In this document: piece after piece, positions 1 to 8,246 of the stretch
How positions within the stretch are numbered: the stretch's first letter is position 1
Layout: every line of letters begins with the position of its first letter
Assembly (NCBI GenBank): GCA_042217545.1
Contig: JBDGSM010000024.1
Location: forward strand, 1 to 16,867
Reading direction: 5' to 3'
Origin: Candidatus Nanohalobium sp.
GTDB lineage: Archaea; Nanohalarchaeota; Nanosalinia; Nanosalinales; Nanosalinaceae
DNA: 16,867 nt
The notes under the pieces: model-generated
Database searches by the model: none
Seen by the model: the letters and a program-made list of their open reading frames with translations, nothing else
Told to the model about the DNA's origin: nothing
Made by a program: the position numbers and the translations under genes

Positions 1-125
1 TGTCCCCCGCAAATATTCCATGTTTGCTCTTTTCCTTTTTCCTGCTCCTGGAAAAAACTGTTTCTCTGAGTCAAGCTTCTCTAGTTGAAATCAAGTTTTT
101 AAGGCCTGACAGGTATTTCCGTGTT

Positions 126-419
126 ATGGTTGATGTAACTGTTTCGGAAGCGGAGGATGTGTTTGAGGAAGGTGAGAACTTTGTCGAGGGCATTGACCGT
201 GAGGGTGAGGAAGTTGAAGTTCTGAGGATCAGGCTTGACGATCTGCGGCATGAGCTGGAAAAGGAGTCCGGTAAGATAAGCGAAGCGACGAAAGATGTGA
301 AGGATCTTATGGAGGATATCGAGGAGGACTCTGTACATCAGGAGCCGGAGATGACGCCTGATGAAGGGAAGGAAGCCCGCGAGGAAGGGCCCCGGGACGA
401 AGAGTACTCCAACCGTTAA
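126..419 (+). CDS. Small, very acidic hypothetical protein (97 aa, probable coiled coil)
   Basis: Start moved to ATG 126 (MVDVTVSEAED...), about 25 nt after TTTTTAA (96-102). Asp/Glu-rich. Stop overlaps the convergent gene's stop (TTAA 416-419). Confidence 0.75.
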   Translation: MVDVTVSEAEDVFEEGENFVEGIDREGEEVEVLRIRLDDLRHELEKESGKISEATKDVKDLMEDIEEDSVHQEPEMTPDEGKEAREEGPRDEEYSNR

Positions 420-1477
420 GCTTCCTCAGTAAAGCTCCATTCCAGGCCTTCGTTGCCGTTTTTAACTATTATAGGAGGTTCTACCAGGTTTTCTGGTTCC
501 TGTGAGTTGAAGTTTCTTGGAGCGATGTCATTCGCTGATTCTGGGTAGAAGATCGACGCTATGGCATGTATGTGTTCTCTGCCTTTCGAAAGTTCGAACT
601 GGCCTCCGCCGTACATCTCTATCTCGTTGTTCAGACAGTACTCGATAGCATCAAGTAATTTTCTTATGCTGCCGAATCTTGAAGGTTTGATATTGATTTT
701 CCGTGGTTTGAACGGGAGTTTCTTGATCGAGCCGACGCTTGTGATCGGTTCGTCCCAGGTAATCCTTTCCCTCTCGTCTTCAAGGACAGGCCTTGTCTCA
801 TCGTTCAGGACAGGATCCTCGATCAGTGCGTCAGGAAAGTTCTCCACCATCTTCCTGTAAAGTTCTGGATCGGCTTCCTGGCGAACTTCTTCGTCCTCGT
901 AATGGCCTTTGAGGTCGATTATCCTGACTTTGCCGGATTCCGAGAGCTTCTGGACAAGTTCGTCGCCCCATTTACTTGTTGCGTCAAGCTTGAGGCCTAC
1001 ATCCGCCTGTTCCTGGATTTTCTGTACAGGTTCAATGCCTGGCGGGTTTCCGAGGCCTGGACTGGCGACAAAGTTCAGCGGACTGTATTCCCGGCCGAGT
1101 GCTTCTGCGAGGGAGATGCCTTTCTGTTTCAGTGCGAGGTCCAGTGCTGCGCTCTCGAAGGCCCAGGTCCTGTAGTTCCTGTAGTCCTCTCTTCCTGGTT
1201 CCTGTCCGAAAAAGAGGTCCTGGGGGCTGAGACGTTCCGAGAAGTCTTCCAGTGTATGGCCCTGGTCGAGTTCAAGCTCTCCTACGTGTTCCTGGAGTTT
1301 TTCGTGCTCCTCCTCGTCCCAGCAGACTTCTTCTCCGTAGCCTGTCTCCCCGAGGCCTTTGAGCTTGACCGTTGTGGTAACACGTTTGAAATCTTCGGAG
1401 ACCTGTTTCTCGTTCCTCTCAAGATCCACTTCCTTGACTTCAATGCTCAGCTCTTTCAGTTTCTCGTAAAGCTTCAT
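416..1477 (-). CDS. Enolase-superfamily (mandelate racemase/muconate lactonizing enzyme-like) protein, substrate unknown
   Basis: Capping-domain motifs GETGYGE and AFESAALDLALK. Barrel with candidate acidic metal ligands IIDLK, LIEDP and WDEP, plus INIKPSRFG. Confidence 0.8.
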   Translation of the reverse strand: MKLYEKLKELSIEVKEVDLERNEKQVSEDFKRVTTTVKLKGLGETGYGEEVCWDEEEHEKLQEHVGELELDQGHTLEDFSERLSPQDLFFGQEPGREDYRNYRTWAFESAALDLALKQKGISLAEALGREYSPLNFVASPGLGNPPGIEPVQKIQEQADVGLKLDATSKWGDELVQKLSESGKVRIIDLKGHYEDEEVRQEADPELYRKMVENFPDALIEDPVLNDETRPVLEDERERITWDEPITSVGSIKKLPFKPRKINIKPSRFGSIRKLLDAIEYCLNNEIEMYGGGQFELSKGREHIHAIASIFYPESANDIAPRNFNSQEPENLVEPPIIVKNGNEGLEWSFTEEA

Positions 1478-1520
1478 GGAAAAGAAAGAGGCCTGGAAAG
1501 GTTTAATGCCTTTACCCGGT

Positions 1521-2714
1521 CTACTGCTCCCTCATGAAATCGGTTATGACGTATCTTTCGACCTCGTCCTTGTAGTAGAGGTAGATCAACGCTACCGAGA
1601 TCGCAAGCATCAGGACCCCGATATACACGTAGAAGACTGTCACAGAGTAAATTATCGAGAGAGCCAGTAGAGGCCCTGCTACCAGGTTTTCAAGTATCAT
1701 GTACTTGATGAAGGTCCAGGTGTTGAACAGTCTCTCATTTGGTTCAAGGCCTGTAGTGTAGATAGCTACTGCCAGGTTGTAGACCGTTGCTGAGATTCCC
1801 GTTGCCAGCGAGATGAAGTAGTGCTGAGGATAGAACAGGTAAGATATGGATATGAAGACAACGGTTAAAGGCATCGTGATCGCCATGAAGGCCTCTTCTT
1901 TCCCTGTAAGTATCTTTTTCTTTCCCAGTGGCAGGTAGAGGTAGTCGTCAAGTTCGTCAAACCTGTTAAGCCAGTTGTAGACAGTAAGGTTCAACAGGCC
2001 TATCATAACGCTGTAGGAGATCAACGGATTGTTCAGGAGCACACGGGTCATGGGGAAGTAAAGGACCACGTACCAGTAGAACGCAGTCAGGAGGCCCAGG
2101 GAGAACAGTATCTTGAAAATGCCTCCTGAGGATCTCAGCACGTCCATAAGTGACTTGTCGGCGACGGTCTCCAGCTCCCTGATCCTGTCAAAGTTGAAAA
2201 GGTGTAGGGACGGTCCGTCAAGTGAAAACTGGGCCAGTACAAGGCCTGCTGCTATACCGCCGAGGAACGCAGGCAACATCATAGCTACCCCGAAAACCAC
2301 CTGAAACCCTGTTCCGATAAGAGCTGCTGCCCCGACAGGTACCAGGAACAGGCCTGCGTAGTAAGCTAGTTCTTTGACCACGAGCTGTGCAATTATCTTT
2401 CTCCTTGAGATTGGAAGAGTTCTGGAGGAGTATACGAGGTAGCTTGTGTCTCCGAGCACGTTTTTCCATGCATCTCTCCCTGAATAGTTCAGGTTACCTA
2501 TGCCCAGGCCTAGAAATGCTGCAACTATCATTACGGCTGTTCCTACTGATCCTGAGCCAAGTGTCGAGTAATTCGTGGTTGCGTAGGCGAATAGGAAGGT
2601 GAAGAGAAATATCATGACTGGGAATGCTGCAAAGTTCCTTCCCTTGTATAGTGTGGAGTGCATTCTCCACTCTTCTTTTATCATCCGCTTTACAAGGCCT
2701 GGCCTGTCTGTCAT
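1521..2714 (-). CDS. Polytopic membrane protein, probable ABC exporter permease
   Basis: 397 aa with many hydrophobic segments. ATGA overlap (2711-2714) with the upstream ABC ATPase. Confidence 0.75.
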   Translation of the reverse strand: MTDRPGLVKRMIKEEWRMHSTLYKGRNFAAFPVMIFLFTFLFAYATTNYSTLGSGSVGTAVMIVAAFLGLGIGNLNYSGRDAWKNVLGDTSYLVYSSRTLPISRRKIIAQLVVKELAYYAGLFLVPVGAAALIGTGFQVVFGVAMMLPAFLGGIAAGLVLAQFSLDGPSLHLFNFDRIRELETVADKSLMDVLRSSGGIFKILFSLGLLTAFYWYVVLYFPMTRVLLNNPLISYSVMIGLLNLTVYNWLNRFDELDDYLYLPLGKKKILTGKEEAFMAITMPLTVVFISISYLFYPQHYFISLATGISATVYNLAVAIYTTGLEPNERLFNTWTFIKYMILENLVAGPLLALSIIYSVTVFYVYIGVLMLAISVALIYLYYKDEVERYVITDFMREQ

Positions 2715-3382
2715 TCTTCTTCGAGGAATTTCTCTGTAAGGTTTTCAGGCTCCTCTATGACCTCCGTGACCTCTCCATTCTTCAGGAAGAAGACTCTGTC
2801 GCATATCTCCTCAGCCAGCGAGATAACGTGTGTGCAGAGAAATACTGTTCCTCCTGCCTCTCTTCTTGCCTTGAAAAGCTTCTTTGCCCGTTCCTGGATC
2901 ACGGGATCAAGGTTGACAAGTGGCTCATCGATGAAGACAAGATCCGGCTCATGGAACAGGGCCTGTATAATCATGAATTTCTGGCGTTCTCCCTTTGACA
3001 GGTTGTAGGTAAGTTTCTCCATCTTACCCTCCAGGTTGAACCTTTTCATCCAGTAATCCTTGTCTATCTCCTTGTCTCTAACATCGGCGACGAAATCAAG
3101 GTATTCCTCGCCTGTAAGAAAGCTTGGAGGATCCTCACGTTCAGGCAGAATACCCAGTTTTTCACGGAGCTCAACAGGACTCTCCTCGGGATCAAGGCCC
3201 AGAACATTTACCTCACCCGAATTCCTGTCGATCTGGCCCGTCAGTACCTGGACCAGCGTGGATTTGCCGGCCCCGTTCGCGCCAAGGATACCGACAATCT
3301 CACCTTCGTTAACTTCCATATCCACAGAGGTCAAGGCCTCAACATCGCCGTAGCTCTTAGCCAGCTCTTCAACTTCAATCAT
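2711..3382 (-). CDS. ABC transporter ATP-binding protein (exporter type), 223 aa
   Basis: Start moved to ATG 3382 (MIEVEELAKSYG). Walker A GANGAGKS, signature LSKGE, Walker B/D-loop VFIDEPLVNLD, H-loop CTH. Confidence 0.93.
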   Translation of the reverse strand: MIEVEELAKSYGDVEALTSVDMEVNEGEIVGILGANGAGKSTLVQVLTGQIDRNSGEVNVLGLDPEESPVELREKLGILPEREDPPSFLTGEEYLDFVADVRDKEIDKDYWMKRFNLEGKMEKLTYNLSKGERQKFMIIQALFHEPDLVFIDEPLVNLDPVIQERAKKLFKARREAGGTVFLCTHVISLAEEICDRVFFLKNGEVTEVIEEPENLTEKFLEEE

Positions 3383-3479
3383 CACATACAGAATATGTAT
3401 CGATTCTAAATAATAATCTTGGGGATAACTTTTTCCAGACCTGATTTTTAACGGTAGATTCCCCATCACACAGATATAG
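3383..3479. promoter_or_regulatory. Divergent promoter region (ABC operon / TraB gene)
   Basis: AT-rich. TTTTTAA 3445-3451 lies about 29 nt before ATG 3480. Short inverted repeat ATACA-N5-TGTAT at 3386-3400. Confidence 0.5.
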
Positions 3480-4610
3480 ATGAAGAGACACCTGGACCTG
3501 GGAGACCGGGAGGTAACAGTAGTCGGGACCGCACACGTTTCCGGCGACAGCGTCAAGGAAGTCGAGGACACGATCAGAGAAGTAAGGCCTGACCTCGTGG
3601 GGATCGAACTCGATGAGGACCGTTTTGAATCGCTGAGAGATGAATCCGGCTGGCAGGACATGGATATAGTCGAAGCGATCAGGAACGGTCAGGGCGCCAT
3701 GCTGTTGATCAACCTCGTTCTATCCATATACCAGAGAAGAATGGGCCTTGAGCAGGGCGTCAAGCCAGGTACAGAACTAATGAAAGGTGTTGAAACTGCC
3801 GAAGAACTTGGTATAGAGTACAGACTTATAGACCGGGATATAGGCGAGACATTCTCGCGCATGCTGGCCGAACTAACTTTCTGGGAAAAGATCAAGCTAG
3901 TCGCAAGCCTATTCGTCGCTGAAGAGGAAATGGATGTCGAAGACCTGAAAGAAGACAACATGCTCAACACACTGGTCAAGGAACTCGGCGAGGAATTCCC
4001 AACAATAAAGAGAGTATTTCTGGACGAGAGAAACCAGTACATGGCCGAAAAAATACTTGAAGAAGATTTCGACCATGCAGTACTTGTCGTAGGAGCAGCC
4101 CACGTAGAAGGCCTTGCAGAATGCCTCGAAGAAGAGAAAGAATACCGCGAAAAAAACATAGATTCCGGTTTCCCATGGTTCAAAGTCCTGAAATACGGTT
4201 TACCAGTCTTCATAATCGCAGGCCTTGGATACAGCTTCTGGAGGATAGGATTCGAGACAGGAATACACGCAACAGGTTTCTGGGTGCTCAGCAACGGAAT
4301 CCTTGCACTCATCGGCGCATTGATCGCAAGATCCTCACCTGTAACCTGGGTAGTCTCATTCCTAGCAGCGCCTCTAACCTCGCTCGACCCCGCTCTAGGA
4401 GCAGGAATGGTCGCAGCATACGTTGAAGGAAAGGTAAGGCCTCCAACAGTCGGTGAGACAGAAGAGATTGCCTACGTCGAAAGATACAGGGACCTCTGGA
4501 ACAACCAGGTAGGTAGAATCCTGCTCACCTTCCTCTTTGTAACACTGGGAAGCGCCGCAGCCACCTTCATATCCGCGGGCTACATCGCCTCCCTGATATC
4601 AGGCCTCTGA
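3480..4610 (+). CDS. TraB/GumN (PrgY/Tiki-like) family protein with C-terminal membrane domain
   Basis: Motifs GTAHVS, VGIELD, KPGTELM, LIDRDI, LDERNQYMA and VVGAAH, followed by several transmembrane segments. Confidence 0.9.
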   Translation: MKRHLDLGDREVTVVGTAHVSGDSVKEVEDTIREVRPDLVGIELDEDRFESLRDESGWQDMDIVEAIRNGQGAMLLINLVLSIYQRRMGLEQGVKPGTELMKGVETAEELGIEYRLIDRDIGETFSRMLAELTFWEKIKLVASLFVAEEEMDVEDLKEDNMLNTLVKELGEEFPTIKRVFLDERNQYMAEKILEEDFDHAVLVVGAAHVEGLAECLEEEKEYREKNIDSGFPWFKVLKYGLPVFIIAGLGYSFWRIGFETGIHATGFWVLSNGILALIGALIARSSPVTWVVSFLAAPLTSLDPALGAGMVAAYVEGKVRPPTVGETEEIAYVERYRDLWNNQVGRILLTFLFVTLGSAAATFISAGYIASLISGL

Positions 4611-4618
4611 TCGCCGGC

Positions 4619-4624
4619 TTTAAA
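4619..4624 (+). promoter_or_regulatory. TATA box for probable leaderless transcript
   Basis: TTTAAA ending about 26 nt before ATG 4650. Confidence 0.55.
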
Positions 4625-4649
4625 CACCTGAGACCTTAAACAAAAAGTT

Positions 4650-5252
4650 ATGGCAGACGAACAGGTTGGAAAACACAAGGGCGCGATTGAAACCCTAATG
4701 CATGAAAAGAAGGAACTTTCAAGACTTCTCCAGATCGTTAACTCACAGCTCCAGCAACACCTGGAAGCACTTGACGAAGCCGGGATCGATACTGATCAGT
4801 ATATCGAACAGCTTCAACAGGAAAGCCGGCAGAAACAGCAGAGACAGAGCCAGCAACAAAACAGAAACACTGGACGCTCCGAGAGCAGCAGATCTTCAGA
4901 AAACTCCAAAAGGCAGAGAAACAACAGCAGAACAGGAAACTCCAGTAGAAACCGGAAAAAAGGCAACCAGCGGCAGAACAGCTCTAAAACAGACAGCTCC
5001 AGGAACAAAAATAGGAGAAACACGGGAAAAAGCAACAGCAGGCGGAGGAACACCGGTAACTCGCAAAACAACAGTAGTTCAAGAAGTAGAAACCGGGGAA
5101 GTCAGAGGAACACCGGAACCAGAAGGAGGGGAGAGGGGGAAGGCCTTGACGAGGAAGATGTTGACAACTTCCTAGAGGGAGGAGACAGGACTGAAGAAGA
5201 GGAAGAAGACGAAAAAGGTTCAGGTAACAGGGATTTCAACCCTCTGAACTAG
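4650..5252 (+). CDS. Hypothetical protein: helical N-domain, long Arg/Asn/Ser/Gln disordered region, acidic tail
   Basis: TATA at the expected distance. The N-terminus (EQVGKHKGAIETLMHEKKEL) resembles a small DPANN family from memory, unverified. Repeated RNTG units. Confidence 0.75.
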   Translation: MADEQVGKHKGAIETLMHEKKELSRLLQIVNSQLQQHLEALDEAGIDTDQYIEQLQQESRQKQQRQSQQQNRNTGRSESSRSSENSKRQRNNSRTGNSSRNRKKGNQRQNSSKTDSSRNKNRRNTGKSNSRRRNTGNSQNNSSSRSRNRGSQRNTGTRRRGEGEGLDEEDVDNFLEGGDRTEEEEEDEKGSGNRDFNPLN

Positions 5253-5256
5253 GCCT

Positions 5257-5895
5257 TCAGTCCTTCATATACTTTTTCTCCCATCTGCTTATCCTTTTCT
5301 CCCAGTTGGATACCTCCACCTCATCCTCATCATCTTCTCCCGAGAAGAAAGGTTTTTCACGGAGCCTGTAGCCTATTATGCCTCCTGCGACGATGCCCAT
5401 AAGATGGGCCTGGTAGGCGATATGCGCATTCCCGGTAATTCCTGCAAAGTTTATCAGCAGGTAGCCGAGCAGCACCATGTACATTGGAGCAGGTATTCCA
5501 AATACCAGGCCTATCTGGTTAGGCCTCAGAACCGATAGAGCAGCCAGTATGCCCATCGCTCCTCCGGAAGCCCCTATTATGTAGGAGTTAGGGAAGAAGA
5601 TGAATGCTGCAAGGTTTGCAAACAGTGCTGAGATCAGGAAGGTCCTGTAAAACTGGATTTCAGATGTATGTAGCTCGTAGATTGATCCAAATAGGGCAAT
5701 GAAAAATATATTGTTGAAGAGGTGGTCCGGACCTGCGTGTGCCATGAAGGACGTGAAAAACTTCCAGAAAGGTGATTCAAAGGCCTTATAAGCCAGATCA
5801 AGGTTGTAGAAATACTGTAGGCCGTAGATCAGTGACAGAACGGCGGAAAGCTTGATTGCTCCGTAGTTGAATTTCTGGAAGTCTTCCTTTTTCAT
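5257..5895 (-). CDS. Rhomboid-family intramembrane serine protease
   Basis: HLFNN (HxxxN), catalytic GASG and AHLMG motifs, multiple TM helices. ATGA overlap with the upstream methyltransferase. Confidence 0.92.
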   Translation of the reverse strand: MKKEDFQKFNYGAIKLSAVLSLIYGLQYFYNLDLAYKAFESPFWKFFTSFMAHAGPDHLFNNIFFIALFGSIYELHTSEIQFYRTFLISALFANLAAFIFFPNSYIIGASGGAMGILAALSVLRPNQIGLVFGIPAPMYMVLLGYLLINFAGITGNAHIAYQAHLMGIVAGGIIGYRLREKPFFSGEDDEDEVEVSNWEKRISRWEKKYMKD

Positions 5896-6503
5896 CTTTC
5901 TCTTGGTGTTGCGAAGACCCAGAAATGGGTTTCATCCCTGTAATTCTCCGTGTATGTTTCGATGATTTCGAAACCTGCTTCCCTGAGAAGCTGAAGATTT
6001 TTCTCCGGCGAGTAAGAGCTCCAGAGCATCTCCTGGCCTCCGATCTCGCCTTTATGCATCTCCATCTCCTCAGGTCCCAGAGTGATGAGCACTGCGCCTT
6101 CTTCCTGGACCCAGTCCCTGATCTTCTCGAAGAGCCTGGAGTGTTCCTCCCGGGGAATATGGAAGATTGCGTAGAAACTTACGATAGCTCCGAAAGAACC
6201 ATCCTCAAAGTCCTGGTCGAAGAAATCTCCCTGAACGAACTCGGCACCAGGAACGTTTTCACGTGCCTGAACCACGTGTTTCTCCGAGATATCAACGCCC
6301 AGAACTTCAAGGCCTTTATCCGCCAGGAAACGGTCGAAAGGAAGGCCTGTACCGCATCCAAGATCAAGGATACGGGAATTTTCAGGAAGATGCTTGAAAA
6401 GATTGTTAAAGAGCTTTCTTTCTTTCTCCCTGATGTCTCTGCCTTCTCTGTAATCAGATTCGTAGTCTCCTTCCTCGTAGCCTTTCTTTACCTTGTCTCT
6501 CAT
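5892..6503 (-). CDS. Class I SAM-dependent methyltransferase
   Basis: Motif I ILDLGCGTG, GVDIS, FVQGD, and FGAIVSFYAIFH. ATGA overlap with lysS. Confidence 0.9.
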   Translation of the reverse strand: MRDKVKKGYEEGDYESDYREGRDIREKERKLFNNLFKHLPENSRILDLGCGTGLPFDRFLADKGLEVLGVDISEKHVVQARENVPGAEFVQGDFFDQDFEDGSFGAIVSFYAIFHIPREEHSRLFEKIRDWVQEEGAVLITLGPEEMEMHKGEIGGQEMLWSSYSPEKNLQLLREAGFEIIETYTENYRDETHFWVFATPRER

Positions 6504-8107
6504 ACTTCCACCTCTTCCAGTATATTGACTGATTCCTCGAGGCCTATAGACATCAGGAGCGTTGAAAGCCGTGGTCCCTGATCTCTGGAAAGGAATACCT
6601 GATAAGCAGTATCGAAGAACTCCCCTGTATCGAGCTCTGAGTCATCTTTTACCGCAAAGATCTCTCCATCAAGCTCCTCGGAGTCCTCAAAGCTCTCAGT
6701 TTCCAGCAACTCCTTCAGAAGCTTCAGGGCCCCCACCTGCGGTTCTGAAAGATTTTCAATCACCTGTTCAGGAACTTCATAGTTTATCTCGAACCTGTAG
6801 TCCTCGGGAGCGTACTCCCGTGCCCAGTTCTTGGCCCTCCTCATCCTGTCCAGAACCTGCTGTCTGCCTTTCTCCGAAATATCTTCCTGGAGATGGCCGG
6901 TCTGCTGTAGAACTTCAAGGCCTTTACCTTCCCATTCGTCTTCCGGGACAGTCTGGGCTATAAGCGAGGCATGCTTGAAAGGAACTCTTACCGGCTGCTC
7001 CTCAGGCGTCTCCACCATCGCAAGCTCGTAGACTCTTTCCTGATGCCTCTGCTTTTTCTCGTTGTCCATCTCAGCCGGGTTGAAGTAATGACCTTCTATC
7101 CTGTCAAACCTGTCGTAGATCTGGATGATCTCCTCGTCAAACGCCAGGTTGATAACCTTCTTAGGCTTCGTCTGCGAAAACAGGAATCGGATCATCTCAG
7201 GCGAATAGATCTCCTTCATATCTTTCAGGCGGAGAGTATTTTCACCCGAACTGGATGAGATCTTCTTGTCACTTCCTTTAGGCCTTACAAAGTCGTACAT
7301 CTGGTACACAGGTGCTTCCGCATCGTAGACCTGTTCTATTATCTGTTTACCTGTATCTCGGGAACTTCCTGCTGCCGAGTGATCCTTTCCCCCGGGTTCG
7401 AAGCTTACGTTCTCGAAGAACCATCTCATTGGCCAGTCAACCCTCCACGGCGGCTTTACAGAATCATTCTCCTTGAAATTTATCTCGAACTCTTCACCGC
7501 ATTCCTCACAGTGGTACTCTACCGTGTATTCTCCGTCATAGGCCTTGATCTCGGTGAAGTCTTTCTCACATTCCTTGCAGTAGACTCTGAGGGGCATCCA
7601 GTCCTCTTCAAGTTCCTCCTGCCTGTACTGGTCGAGTATCTCCTTGATCTCTTCCCTGTGGTTCATCGCTTTCTTGATCAGGTCCGCATACTTCGAGGCC
7701 CGGAACATTTCTGATTGTCGGATGAACTCGATATCCATATGCATGTCCTCCAGCTCTTCCTCCAGCTGTTTCTCGAAGTGTTCAGCGTAACTGTCGTGAC
7801 AACCTTCTGGATCAGGAACCTTTGAGAGTGGAAGCCCTATGTATTTCTCGAACTCATCTGGAACATTTTCAGGCACTTTCCTGAAACGGTCGTAGTCGTC
7901 CCATGAGTAGATGAAACGTGTTTCCTCATCGTAATATTTGAGACTTTTCACGACGAAATCCGTTGTAATTATCTCCCTGAAGTTTCCGATGTGAACGAAA
8001 CCTGAAGGACTGATCCCTGAAGCGCAGACATAGGTTTCGCGGTCGGAGAACTTTCTCTTAACCCCGTATGCCAGCTGATCTGACCAGAACAACGGCTGTT
8101 CACTCAT
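6500..8107 (-). CDS. lysS: Lysine--tRNA ligase, class I
   Basis: SGISPSGFVHIGN (HIGH), SWDDYDRFRKVP, two CxxC, WRVDWPMRW, EPGGKDH, KISSS (KMSKS-like), C-terminal QGPRL. Confidence 0.97.
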   Translation of the reverse strand: MSEQPLFWSDQLAYGVKRKFSDRETYVCASGISPSGFVHIGNFREIITTDFVVKSLKYYDEETRFIYSWDDYDRFRKVPENVPDEFEKYIGLPLSKVPDPEGCHDSYAEHFEKQLEEELEDMHMDIEFIRQSEMFRASKYADLIKKAMNHREEIKEILDQYRQEELEEDWMPLRVYCKECEKDFTEIKAYDGEYTVEYHCEECGEEFEINFKENDSVKPPWRVDWPMRWFFENVSFEPGGKDHSAAGSSRDTGKQIIEQVYDAEAPVYQMYDFVRPKGSDKKISSSSGENTLRLKDMKEIYSPEMIRFLFSQTKPKKVINLAFDEEIIQIYDRFDRIEGHYFNPAEMDNEKKQRHQERVYELAMVETPEEQPVRVPFKHASLIAQTVPEDEWEGKGLEVLQQTGHLQEDISEKGRQQVLDRMRRAKNWAREYAPEDYRFEINYEVPEQVIENLSEPQVGALKLLKELLETESFEDSEELDGEIFAVKDDSELDTGEFFDTAYQVFLSRDQGPRLSTLLMSIGLEESVNILEEVEV

Positions 8108-8187
8108 CTGCTTTCACCGCTTTCTTCAGTTTTGGAAAAACCAGTGAACTTTCGGGTCCGGAACAAAGGCTGCTCTTGATCGGTCAT
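8104..8187 (-). CDS. Putative 27-aa upstream ORF coupled to lysS (MTDQEQPLFRTRKFTGFSKTEESGESR)
   Basis: ATG 8187 lies about 30 nt from an AT-rich TATA-like tract (8212-8223). Its TGA overlaps the lysS ATG (ATGA). Contains a GGTGA SD-like sequence upstream of lysS. Confidence 0.4.
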   Translation of the reverse strand: MTDQEQPLFRTRKFTGFSKTEESGESR

Positions 8188-8211
8188 AACCCGGTTTTCG
8201 AGGTGAAAGAA

Positions 8212-8223
8212 TTTAATTATAAA
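8212..8223. promoter_or_regulatory. Bidirectional TATA region (lysS operon / site-2 protease)
   Basis: TTTAATTATAAA is about 25-30 nt from ATG 8247 (+) and from ATG 8187 (-). Confidence 0.55.
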
Positions 8224-8246
8224 CTTCGGGGCCACCTTGAACAGAC

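Noticed and set aside
1..21. Possible minus-strand gene start (ATG at 21, MEYLRGT...)
   Set aside because: Only seven codons are in the window, so it cannot be supported.
3383..3661. 93-aa N-terminal extension of the ABC ATPase in the ORF track
   Set aside because: It overlaps the TraB gene and the divergent promoter. The ABC fold starts at MIEVEEL (3382).
3480..4610. TraB as evidence of a conjugative element
   Set aside because: This TraB/PrgY family is a common chromosomal archaeal gene, and no transfer or integrase genes are present.
5892..6503. This methyltransferase as the AGGCCT-modifying enzyme
   Set aside because: It lacks DNA methyltransferase catalytic motifs (PC/ENV or DPPY/NPPY/SPPY) and looks like a small-molecule class I enzyme.
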